64,000 bases of DNA from NCBI GenBank assembly GCA_964425625.1, contig CAYRMI010000001.1, positions 866 to 64,865 on the forward strand. The letters are read 5' to 3'. The position numbers and the translations under genes were made by a program. Position 1 is the stretch's first letter; each line of letters opens with the position of its first letter. The notes under the pieces are model-generated. The model ran no database searches. It was not told the origin of the DNA and saw nothing but the letters and a program-made list of their open reading frames with translations. Below are positions 38,312 through 46,442 of the stretch, piece by piece. The stretch is from an uncultured Candidatus Saccharibacteria bacterium (GTDB lineage: Bacteria; Patescibacteriota; Minisyncoccia; Phycocordibacterales; UBA918).

Positions 38312-38848
38312 GACTCTAGGGAAATGATCGTGACGGTCACCAACGTATTTTATTTCGTTTCTCATAAAATACGTGATGCCACGGGACACACCTCACTCGC
38401 CTACTGCATCGTTCCGGCGGCTCGATTCCCACGCAAGGTGCACAGGCACCTTGCTCTAGAGCCGACAAACAAAAAATGCGCCCGCAGGCGCTCTTTTCTG
38501 TACTCGTGGACTCTAGGGGAATCGGTCACTCTCGTGGATATTTCTGTTCTCCGCCGACTGGCGGATCTTATAATATCTCACTCCATCGACCCGCACTCGC
38601 GTTGGCCCTAAAGGGACCCCGAAACTGTCTTTCGATTCCCCTAGAGTCTCACAAACGGCAACGACCGTGAAGCTATCGGGGGAATCGGTCACTCTCGTGG
38701 ATATTTCTGTTCGCTTCGCTCCAAAAATACCTCACTCGCTCGACCCCCACTCGCGTCGGCCCAGAGGGGCCCCGACGCTTCGGTTCGATTCCCCTAGAGT
38801 CTCACAATGACAAACGACCACGACACTTTGTGTCGTGGTCGGTCATTG
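38312..38848. repeat. GC-rich hairpin-dense repeat locus 1: three diverged units (38312..38433; 38506..38653; 38678..38806), each bounded by inverted partial copies of the tRNA-Ala(GGC) 3' end, plus conserved hairpins and an internal terminator
   Basis: Copies of the tRNA 3' end in tRNA orientation: GTGGACTCTAGGGGAATCG at 38506..38524, shorter copies at 38312..38321 and 38678..38688. Inverted copies: TTCGATTCCCCTAGAGTCTCACA at 38631..38653 and 38784..38806, and GCTCGATTCCC at 38420..38430. The units align to each other and to locus 2. Confidence 0.7.
38469..38498. terminator. bidirectional intrinsic terminator inside repeat locus 1
   Basis: AAAAAA-TGCGCC-CGCA-GGCGCT-CTTTTCT; homologous in position to the terminator at 40452..40486, but with a different stem sequence. 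Confidence 0.55.
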
Positions 38849-38921
38849 TGGACTCTAGGGGAATCGAACCCCTTACCTCTTCCATGCCATGGAAGCGCTC
38901 TACCAAATGAGCTAAGAGCCC
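38849..38921 (-). tRNA. tRNA-Ala (anticodon GGC)
   Basis: Minus strand: GGGCTCT-TA-GCTC-ATTTGGT-AGAGC-G-CTTCC-ATGGCAT-GGAAG-AGGTA-AGGGG-TTCGATT-CCCCT-AGAGTCC-A. All four arms pair; G3:U70 alanine identity pair present; CCA not encoded. Confidence 0.85.
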
Positions 38922-38941
38922 GTCATTAAAACAACTTGAGC

Positions 38942-38968
38942 ATTATACGCACTTTTTATAAAATTCAA
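38942..38968 (-). promoter_or_regulatory. candidate sigma-70-type promoter for tRNA-Ala(GGC)
   Basis: Minus strand TTGAAT-N15-TATAAT ending about 20 nt upstream of the tRNA 5' end. Confidence 0.35.
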
Positions 38969-38971
38969 AGT

Positions 38972-40006
38972 CTATTCACTGGCTAATTTAACGCCGAAAA
39001 ACTCTTCGCCAGACTGCCACTGCTTAATATTATTAACAGTTGTTTCAGTAATTTCTCGCTTTGCTTCCTTGGTATTGAAGGCCATATGAGGAGTCATGAC
39101 GACATTTGGCATATCCAAAAGCTCATGTTCCGCAGCAAAAGCGCGCCAGATTTGCATATTAAGCTCTTCCTTTGCATCTACTAGCTTTAGTTCATCTTTT
39201 AGATATTCTTCTCCTTCATAAACATCTAGCCCTGCCCCTTTAAGTTGACCTGACTTTAAAGCATGAATTAAAGCCACTGTATCTATAAGACTACCTCTGG
39301 CTGTGTTTATCACGTAAGCCCCGGTTTTAGCTTTAGCAATAGTATTTTCATTCAATAAATGATGGTTTTCTGCTGTAGCTGGAACATGTAGGGTAATGAT
39401 ATCAGAAGCACCCAAAACGGTTTCCAATGATCCATATTGTATGTTAAATCGTGATGCAAACTCGTAGTCAGGATATAAGTCAAACGCCATAACATTCATG
39501 TGAAAACCACGCGCTATTTCACAAACTCTTTTACCAATTGCGCCCGTACCGATTACGCCAATAGTTTTTTCTGATAGATCAAATCCCTCATGCACTGTTA
39601 CGTCAATTTCACCACTAATACGTAATAACTCATACATTGAATTAATTTTTCGCGACAAAGTGAGAATGAGCGCGAAGGTATGTTCGGCCACAGTCTGTGA
39701 CCCATAGTGAGGGACATATGAAACTTGAATACCTTTTGCATTTGCATGAGCGACATCCACATGGTCATAGCCGGTAGATCGCAAAGCAATATGTTTGAGG
39801 CTTGGCATTTCATCAATCATCTTGGCCGATAACCGTGAATTTACAAAGATAGATAATACTTCACAATCACGTATTACTTCTGGCAGACCGTCAGACTCAC
39901 CAATCGTGTCTCCGTAAAGGATAATTTCATGGTTAGGTAATAGTTCTCTTACAATAGATTCTTCATTTAGATATGGTGTTATGTAGGCGATTTTCATAGG
40001 ATTCAA
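38972..40006 (-). CDS. D-isomer-specific 2-hydroxyacid dehydrogenase (D-lactate dehydrogenase-like)
   Basis: 344 aa; NAD-binding GxGxxG (IGVIGTGAIGKRV), catalytic R/E/H triad region typical of the D-2-HDH family. Confidence 0.75.
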   Translation of the reverse strand: MNPMKIAYITPYLNEESIVRELLPNHEIILYGDTIGESDGLPEVIRDCEVLSIFVNSRLSAKMIDEMPSLKHIALRSTGYDHVDVAHANAKGIQVSYVPHYGSQTVAEHTFALILTLSRKINSMYELLRISGEIDVTVHEGFDLSEKTIGVIGTGAIGKRVCEIARGFHMNVMAFDLYPDYEFASRFNIQYGSLETVLGASDIITLHVPATAENHHLLNENTIAKAKTGAYVINTARGSLIDTVALIHALKSGQLKGAGLDVYEGEEYLKDELKLVDAKEELNMQIWRAFAAEHELLDMPNVVMTPHMAFNTKEAKREITETTVNNIKQWQSGEEFFGVKLASE

Positions 40007-40054
40007 AGTATAACATTTTTTGTTGTCCTGTGTTTTGAACGTGTTTAAAATTTA

Positions 40055-40081
40055 AAGCCACAAAGCTTTGCTTTGTGGCTT
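40055..40081 (-). terminator. 12-bp perfect hairpin between repeat locus 2 and the dehydrogenase gene
   Basis: AAGCCACAAAGC-TTTG-CTTTGTGGCTT; A/T-rich flank on the minus strand. Confidence 0.4.
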
Positions 40082-40090
40082 AACATTACT

Positions 40091-40486
40091 AGAAGATTCG
40101 GTCACGAATCACTAAGTATATTAGTTCTCCGCCAGCTGGCGGATCCGACTCCTAATTTACTAAGTGTTCTTGACCACGACTCGCCGGCCCAAAGGGTCCC
40201 CGGCTCCGTCTTTCGAATCTTCTCTGGTCGCAAAACGGTAAAGACCGTAAACACTTTCGTGTTTACGGTCTTTACCGTTTGTGGACCAGAGAATTCATCC
40301 TGACGGTCACCGACGTACTTTGCTCCAAGTTTTCGCAAAGATACGTGGTGCCGCGGGACACGCCTCGACTGTCGTACTCGCTCCGCTCCGTGCGACCTGT
40401 CTCCGGCGTTCGAATCTTCACGTAAAGTGTCTACACACTTTACTTCTGGTCCAAACAAAAAACCGCTAAAGCGGTTTTTTGTTTTG
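40091..40486. repeat. GC-rich hairpin-dense repeat locus 2: two units homologous to locus 1 (40091..40229 and 40281..40419), a 22-bp perfect hairpin (40233..40280), a short hairpin (40422..40443) and a terminator (40452..40486)
   Basis: Unit ends are inverted partial copies of the adjacent tRNA-Ala(UGC) 3' end (AGAAGATTCG at 40091 and GTGGACCAGAGAA at 40281, against TTCGAATCTTCTCTGGTC at 40212..40229 and TTCGAATCTTC at 40409..40419). Unit bodies align with locus 1 (TTCTCCGCC-AGCT-GGCGGATC vs TTCTCCGCC-GACT-GGCGGATC; TGACGGTCACC-GACGTA...GGGACACGCCTC vs TGACGGTCACC-AACGTA...GGGACACACCTC). Confidence 0.7.
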
Positions 40487-40559
40487 TGGACCAGAGAAGA
40501 TTCGAACTCCCTGCCTCCTCAGTGCAAATGAGGCGCTCTACCAAGTGAGCTACTGGCCC
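40487..40559 (-). tRNA. tRNA-Ala (anticodon UGC)
   Basis: Minus strand: GGGCCAG-TA-GCTC-ACTTGGT-AGAGC-G-CCTCA-TTTGCAC-TGAGG-AGGCA-GGGAG-TTCGAAT-CTTCT-CTGGTCC-A. G3:U70 present; T-stem contains two G:U pairs; CCA not encoded; intrinsic terminator immediately 3' on the minus strand. Confidence 0.8.
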
Positions 40560-40592
40560 AACCATACTTTACTTCCAAACTGAAAGTAGCAC

Positions 40593-40621
40593 TATGATAA
40601 TAGAAGTTGGCTAGAAGTCAA
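40593..40621 (-). promoter_or_regulatory. candidate sigma-70-type promoter for tRNA-Ala(UGC)
   Basis: Minus strand TTGACT-N16-TATCAT about 33 nt upstream of the tRNA 5' end. Confidence 0.3.
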
Positions 40622-40624
40622 TAC

Positions 40625-41206
40625 TTAGTACCCTAGCAACCAGGGCTTTATTGGGTCTTTTGATACCTCTTTACCAATTTTAAGAACGTTACCTTGCCAC
40701 GAAACTTCGGCTACGGCAGTGGTAAGTAAGTCTACTCGATTACCATTATTTCGTAACGGGTAAATTGCATCTGCCAAGACATCATAGACAAAAGGTCGAC
40801 AAGTCTCACTAGTAGCTTCATATTGTTCACAGAAAAAAACATACTCTTCACTTGGCGAAGCTGAAAAACTTAGTGGAGCGGTATGAGTTCCTTGTGCTTC
40901 AAACTCTACTCCTGCTTCAATACCGCTAATTTTAGGATCAAAACTCAGTACCTTTACACCATCTAACACCTCTATCTCTAACATACCGTTATTGTAGCGG
41001 ATGTTACTTTTTGCTTCCTCAGCAGTTGCTTGGGTCTCTAAACCTTCTTCTCTTGATATTGCTTGTGCTAATGAAGCTGATTGGGTATTTATGACTAAAG
41101 TGTCTAAATTAGCTTCAGGCTTTGAATACCAAATAAAAGCCGTTAGTACTCCTATGAAATAAGCTATCGCAACTAAGGCTGCCCGTTCATGTCTTGATCC
41201 TTGCAT
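40625..41206 (-). CDS. hypothetical membrane-anchored protein
   Basis: 193 aa; N-terminal TM helix, extracytoplasmic domain. Confidence 0.4.
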   Translation of the reverse strand: MQGSRHERAALVAIAYFIGVLTAFIWYSKPEANLDTLVINTQSASLAQAISREEGLETQATAEEAKSNIRYNNGMLEIEVLDGVKVLSFDPKISGIEAGVEFEAQGTHTAPLSFSASPSEEYVFFCEQYEATSETCRPFVYDVLADAIYPLRNNGNRVDLLTTAVAEVSWQGNVLKIGKEVSKDPIKPWLLGY

Positions 41207-41252
41207 ATGGTTTAATTATAAGTAATAAATTAGTGTATTTCTTAAGTTATCC

Positions 41253-42221
41253 TCATCTTGAGGCTGTTTCTATCAAATGACAGATAAGCTGGTCATACGT
41301 CAAGCCTACCGCTTCAGCCGCCTTAGGGTATAGTGACTCACTTGTAAGTCCCGGTAAAGTGTTAACCTCAAGGAAATATGGTTGACCATTTCTGACAATA
41401 AAATCAGTTCTTGAGTATTGAGATAGACCAAGTTCTCGATGGACCAATTCAGTGATTTCAGCCAACTTTATTCTTTCCTGATAGGAAAAATTACCCGGGC
41501 AAATTTCCTGTGTTTTACCACTATACTTGGCTTCTTTATTAAAAAATTCCTGATCTGATGGAGGAATTATTTCAATAACCGGAAACACGTACAAATCCTC
41601 ATGGCGAAAATTTTCTAAAGTAGCACAAGTGGCTTCTCGGCCACGAATAAACTCCTCCACCATGACCTCCTTAAAAATCGGGAGAACTTGCTGTAGCGCC
41701 TTAGAAAGATCTTCTCTTGTACGCACTAATTGTACTCCGACCGATGACCCACTGGAGAGAGGCTTGATTATAAGTTCATCTCCGAATTTATTGACTATAT
41801 CGTTAATAACAGTCTCTAAATTATTTAGATCTTCTTTAGTAATTAATTTGTCTTCCGGCATAACTACACCATGCTGTCTAAGAGTACGTTTAGTTAGGGC
41901 TTTATTGAAAGCTATAGCTGAAGGCAATGAACGACTACCGGTAAAGGGTAAATTATGCCGTTGGATTAATTTTTGTACTTCACCATTCTCACCGTAATTA
42001 CCATGAAGCGCTAAGAAAACTACATCAGTACTAACTAGTATCTGCGCTGGTGATTTTACTATTCCATGTTGTAACCAATCTCCTTGTTTAGTAATAACAA
42101 TATCACTAACCGAATTAAACTGCTTATTAAGCGATCGCACTACATTTGCGCCAGTTTGCATGGAAACATCATACTCATCGCTAGGACCACCCCGCAAAAC
42201 TGTAATCCGCTTATGGTTCAT
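41253..42221 (-). CDS. ddl: D-alanine--D-alanine ligase
   Basis: 322 aa; N-terminal VLRGGPSDEYDVS..., ALHGNYGENGEVQ, ATP-grasp C-terminal half with E..N metal ligands. Confidence 0.85.
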   Translation of the reverse strand: MNHKRITVLRGGPSDEYDVSMQTGANVVRSLNKQFNSVSDIVITKQGDWLQHGIVKSPAQILVSTDVVFLALHGNYGENGEVQKLIQRHNLPFTGSRSLPSAIAFNKALTKRTLRQHGVVMPEDKLITKEDLNNLETVINDIVNKFGDELIIKPLSSGSSVGVQLVRTREDLSKALQQVLPIFKEVMVEEFIRGREATCATLENFRHEDLYVFPVIEIIPPSDQEFFNKEAKYSGKTQEICPGNFSYQERIKLAEITELVHRELGLSQYSRTDFIVRNGQPYFLEVNTLPGLTSESLYPKAAEAVGLTYDQLICHLIETASR

Positions 42222-42407
42222 ATTTTTATTATATCACGACCAATAGCTACTGGTCTTAGGTATTGGAGTAAATAAGTAATAGTTTGTAGCGTTAGAAAAC
42301 ATATATTTATAAGTAATTAATCTACGATCAGCCCTTAAATATCTATAAAATTAGATTTATGATATTAATCTGATCGTAATCATTACTTGTCCACAGGCCA
42401 TAAATTC

Positions 42408-43643
42408 TTAGTTTTTCATTCTTTTACTTCTTAAGTTACGGTGGTAAGTTATGGCAAATCGGTGGGCTTCATGATTGGCTAGTAAAATTTCAAATTTGTA
42501 TATATTTACAATAGAAGGCAAGCCAATTATTCTTTCTGGTTTATGTTGTTCATTCTTAGTTACCGCCACAACATCAATGTTCAGTCTATACTCCAATAAC
42601 ACTTCTTCCGCCACTTTCTTTTGCACTTCATTACCGTCTATTACTACCAACTTTGGAAAGTTCCACTCTGGATGGGAAAAACGTCTTTTCAGCAGTTCTC
42701 TTAGGGCGCCAGGGTCATTGGCTTTGGTAATCGAATTTATCTTAAATTTCCGATACTCCTCTTTTCTAGCTTCTTGACCTACCACTACTGTCATTACACC
42801 CACCATATCATTTCCAGCCAAGTGCGCCACGTCATACGCCTCTATGCGAACAGATCCAACATCAGCAAATTTTTCTCTTTCGTGTTTAATCAAGGCAATA
42901 TCTTCTATATGCTTAAGAGCAAAAATCTTTCTTTTAACTACTTGTGCGTCTTCAAATTTCTCAATTTTGGCCGAATGATGCATTGTTTTTTCTAGCTCCT
43001 TAATAATCTGCATTTTTTTGCCTGAGAAAAACATTTTTAAGTGACGAATAGTTCTTTTGTATTCCGTTTTTTGTCCTAATTCAGGATAGAGGCCTATTTG
43101 TCGATTAAAATCTATTTGGCCACGCACTACTTTTGATTTTTCTATCCCAATTGACTTAGGAGTATCATAGTACTGAAATAATCTTCGTACTATTTTCAAC
43201 GCATCACGCAACAGACTTCCACTGGTAAAAGGCCCAAAATAACAATCTACCTCCTTGCTGGTAAATTTCTCGGTCAAATCTTTACCTCGCACCACGAGCA
43301 CTCTAGGCCATTCTTCTTTGGTAATGACGATATGGTTATAACTTTTGTCGTCTTTACTTTTGGTATTGTATTTGGGCTTATGTGAACGGATTAAATTTGT
43401 TTCTAGAATAAGCGCTTCTAGTACACTGTCCGTTTCTGTGAATTCTACCGACACTGATTCATTTACCATTTGTTCGATAAGTGTCGATCTATTCTCTTTG
43501 AGGTTAGGCAAGAAATAACTAGCCACTCGATTCTTTAGTGAAGTTGCTTTACCTATATACAATATTTTTTTATGCTGACCAACAAAGAAATATACACCGG
43601 GACTATCTGGTAGTTTAATAGTTTTAAGATCTGTCTTATTCAT
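42408..43643 (-). CDS. uvrC: excinuclease ABC subunit C, short form (GIY-YIG plus RNase-H-like endonuclease domain, no C-terminal HhH)
   Basis: 411 aa; N-terminal GIY-YIG (GVYFFVG...ILYIGKA...R...EALILETNLI) and C-terminal UvrC endonuclease-V-like block (RIEAYDVAHLAGNDMVGVMTVV...KLVVIDGN); about 200 aa shorter than E. coli-type UvrC. Confidence 0.7.
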   Translation of the reverse strand: MNKTDLKTIKLPDSPGVYFFVGQHKKILYIGKATSLKNRVASYFLPNLKENRSTLIEQMVNESVSVEFTETDSVLEALILETNLIRSHKPKYNTKSKDDKSYNHIVITKEEWPRVLVVRGKDLTEKFTSKEVDCYFGPFTSGSLLRDALKIVRRLFQYYDTPKSIGIEKSKVVRGQIDFNRQIGLYPELGQKTEYKRTIRHLKMFFSGKKMQIIKELEKTMHHSAKIEKFEDAQVVKRKIFALKHIEDIALIKHEREKFADVGSVRIEAYDVAHLAGNDMVGVMTVVVGQEARKEEYRKFKINSITKANDPGALRELLKRRFSHPEWNFPKLVVIDGNEVQKKVAEEVLLEYRLNIDVVAVTKNEQHKPERIIGLPSIVNIYKFEILLANHEAHRFAITYHRNLRSKRMKN

Positions 43644-43722
43644 TTTTAAGCTAACTTGTTTTTAACACACTTTCAACGGTTACTCATACTTTTACTTTTA
43701 ATACCACAAATTGGTTTAGGTA

Positions 43723-46380
43723 TTATTTATTTAAAGCCTTTTTTAAGTATTGTCCGGTAAATGACTTTGGGTTTTCCGCTACCTCCTCTGGTGTGCCCTT
43801 AGCTACAATATCGCCACCTTTAGCGCCTCCTTCGGGTCCGATATCAATAATATAATCAGCATTTTTTATCAGATCTAGGTTATGTTCAATTACCATGACA
43901 GTATTGCCCCGGTTTACTAATTCCTGGAGAATTTTGATTAGCATTTTAACATCCTCATAATGTAGACCAATCGTTGGTTCATCAAGCAAGTAGATGGTCT
44001 TTTGGGTATGCGGTTTGTAAAGTTCGGAGGCAATTTTTACTCGTTGAGCCTCTCCACCGGAGAGTGTAGTAGCACTTTGACCTAATTCGAGATAACCCAA
44101 ACCCACATCAATTAAAGACTTTAGCCTCTCTTCAATACTGGGTACATCTGAGAAAAAAGCGTGGGCTTCTTCTATTGTTAAGTGTAGAACTTCGTGGATA
44201 TTTTTCTTTCGGTATGTCACTTCCAGGGTTTCTTTAGTGAAGCGCTTACCATCACATACGTCACAGGTCACATAAACAGTCGGTAAAAAGTGCATTTCTA
44301 CGGCTATTTCACCATTTCCTTGACAGGCTTCGCAACGACCACCTTTGACATTAAAACTAAATCGACCAGGTTTCCACCCACGCGCTCTTGCTTCACCGGT
44401 AGCAGCAAACATATCACGAATATGAGAAAAGGCTCCGGTGTAAGTGGCAGGGTTACTACGTGGTGTACGACCGATGGGAGATTGATCAATTAAAATTGAA
44501 CGTCCCAGATACTCACTACCCGTAAAACTCTTACAATTATAGGTATGCGGTGTGCGAAATCGCTTCTCTAGCCTTGATTTAAGATTTTTGTCGACTATTT
44601 CATACATGAAGGTTGACTTTCCAGAACCAGACACCCCAGTCACACAAGTCAATCTTCCCAAGGGAATATCAACATTTAGATTCTTTATGTTAAAAGCCTT
44701 ACCGCCTCTTATTTTTAAAGAACCTTTCTCACTATCGCGACGCTCGGGAACGGTGATGTTTTTATCTCCTCTAAGGTAATCCAAGGTGACTGAGCCAGAA
44801 TTATTTTTGGGTGAGCTAAGTAATTCATCTAGAAAACCGGCTACTACCACTTCCCCACCATGCACACCCGCTCCAGGACCGATGTCAATTAAATAATCAG
44901 CCGCATAAATAGTATCTTCATCATGTTCAACGACAATTATGGTATTGCCCAAATCGCGCAGTTCGGTCAGGGTTTTTATCAAACGATCGTTATCTCGTTG
45001 ATGTAAACCAATAGTCGGTTCATCGAGTACATAAAGGGCCCCGACTAGACCAGAGCCAAGCTGTGAAGCCAGTCTAATCCGCTGTGCCTCTCCACCAGAG
45101 AGTGTATTGGCACGACGATCAAGGGTTAGATATTGAATACCGACATTACTCATAAACTGTAATCGTTCAATGATTTCTCGCAAAGCTGGCCAAGCGATAT
45201 CTTGTTGTTTCTTTGAAAGTTTAAGACTATCAATAAAAGTCGAGGCTTCAGTTACTGTCATTTGGGTAAAACCGACGATATTAATACCTAAGTCTTTTTT
45301 TCCATCACCACCCAGGTAAACACGCATGGCTTCTTTACGGAGACGAGCCCCTTTACAAGCTGGGCATTCATCAGACTGAAAAATTCCTACCACACCGAGT
45401 CCATTACACTCAGGGCAGGCACCATAGGGTGAGTTAAAAGAAAATAATCTTGGTTCTACTTCCGGAAATGAAGAGCCATCCACCGGACAGATAAATTTAG
45501 CAGAGAGGGTACGCAGACTACCGTCTGGACTCTCCACTTTGACCAGACCTCCAGCTTCATGCAAAGCGATCTCTACTGCTTCTGAGAGGCGTTCGCGTGA
45601 GCCTTTAGGGTCTGTAGTAAATTCACTCACGTATATTTCATCAATCAAAACATCTATGTCATGACGTTTGGTTTTGGTCAGGATAATTTTCTCTCGCAAT
45701 TGCTTTATTTCCCCATCTATCTTAACAGTTTCAAAGCCCTTGCCCAGTAGATCATAGAGCATCTGATAATATTCTCCCTTTCGACCGACTACGACCGGGG
45801 CAAAGATAGACACCCGCCCTTTGGACAATTCAATTCCCATCACTTTTTCTGATTGCTGGCGAGTTGCTTCTTTAACTTCACGGTTTTCAATTGACTCAAG
45901 AATGATACGCAAAATTTCATCTTGTGATAGTTTTTGAATCGGTACATCAACATCCAAGCAATATGGTTGACCTACTCGCGCGTACAGGATACGAAGATAG
46001 TCATAAATCTCTGTGACAGTAGCTACTGTCGAACGGGGGTTGCGCGAAGCTGACTTTTGATCAATCGAGATAGCTGGTGAAAGACCAGAAATCTCATCAA
46101 CATCTGGTTTCTGAAGCTTATTTAAAAATTGTCGAGCGTAAGGTGAAAGAGATTCGACGTAGCGTCGTTGTCCTTCAGCAAAAATAGTATCAAAAGCTAG
46201 CGAAGACTTACCCGAGCCTGAAGGACCGGTGATAGCTATCATTTTCCCACGCGGCATTTCTACGGAGATATTCTTAAGGTTGTGGGTACGAGCGCCACGC
46301 ACGACAATTTTGCCTCCAGAGATATTAGAATTCTTATCTTCCCAGGTAGTTTTAGTTTTCTTAATTGGCTTATTGGACAT
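43723..46380 (-). CDS. uvrA: excinuclease ABC subunit A
   Basis: 885 aa; two ABC ATPase modules (Walker [15 protein letters not shown] and [10 protein letters not shown], two LSGGE signatures), zinc-finger cysteines. Confidence 0.9.
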   Translation of the reverse strand: MSNKPIKKTKTTWEDKNSNISGGKIVVRGARTHNLKNISVEMPRGKMIAITGPSGSGKSSLAFDTIFAEGQRRYVESLSPYARQFLNKLQKPDVDEISGLSPAISIDQKSASRNPRSTVATVTEIYDYLRILYARVGQPYCLDVDVPIQKLSQDEILRIILESIENREVKEATRQQSEKVMGIELSKGRVSIFAPVVVGRKGEYYQMLYDLLGKGFETVKIDGEIKQLREKIILTKTKRHDIDVLIDEIYVSEFTTDPKGSRERLSEAVEIALHEAGGLVKVESPDGSLRTLSAKFICPVDGSSFPEVEPRLFSFNSPYGACPECNGLGVVGIFQSDECPACKGARLRKEAMRVYLGGDGKKDLGINIVGFTQMTVTEASTFIDSLKLSKKQQDIAWPALREIIERLQFMSNVGIQYLTLDRRANTLSGGEAQRIRLASQLGSGLVGALYVLDEPTIGLHQRDNDRLIKTLTELRDLGNTIIVVEHDEDTIYAADYLIDIGPGAGVHGGEVVVAGFLDELLSSPKNNSGSVTLDYLRGDKNITVPERRDSEKGSLKIRGGKAFNIKNLNVDIPLGRLTCVTGVSGSGKSTFMYEIVDKNLKSRLEKRFRTPHTYNCKSFTGSEYLGRSILIDQSPIGRTPRSNPATYTGAFSHIRDMFAATGEARARGWKPGRFSFNVKGGRCEACQGNGEIAVEMHFLPTVYVTCDVCDGKRFTKETLEVTYRKKNIHEVLHLTIEEAHAFFSDVPSIEERLKSLIDVGLGYLELGQSATTLSGGEAQRVKIASELYKPHTQKTIYLLDEPTIGLHYEDVKMLIKILQELVNRGNTVMVIEHNLDLIKNADYIIDIGPEGGAKGGDIVAKGTPEEVAENPKSFTGQYLKKALNK

Positions 46381-46442
46381 AATCTTACAAAGTAGTATTA
46401 GAGTATACTGACTCTTTTGATTGTTGCAAACTCATGGGCAAA

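Noticed and set aside
38324-38670. Track ORFs 38324..38611 (+) and 38476..38670 (+) inside repeat locus 1
   Set aside because: They overlap each other in different frames and lie entirely within GC-rich hairpin/terminator repeats. Their translations are Arg/Pro/Ser-rich and look like GC-driven artefacts
38312-38848. Possibility that the repeat locus encodes tmRNA (ssrA). It contains tRNA-Ala-like T-arm/acceptor sequence and GGGG-starting segments
   Set aside because: The adjacent minus-strand tRNA is a complete tRNA-Ala with a normal anticodon arm, so it is not tmRNA. The plus-strand copies have the T-loop and 3' acceptor strand but no correctly positioned 5' acceptor/T-stem partner in tRNA order. 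I could find no tag-peptide reading frame ending in ...AA-stop and no pseudoknot-like organisation
40073-40469. Track ORFs 40073..40303 (+), 40102..40458 (-) and 40281..40469 (+) inside repeat locus 2
   Set aside because: The reasoning is the same. They are mutually overlapping, contain the terminator and hairpin sequences, and have Arg/Pro-rich low-complexity translations
42222-42407. Imperfect inverted repeat (TAATCTACGATCAG ... CTGATCGTAATCA) in the ddl-uvrC spacer
   Set aside because: The arms are short and imperfect, with A/T-rich context. No terminal-repeat-like boundaries or target duplication were seen. It is probably a weak terminator or promoter region
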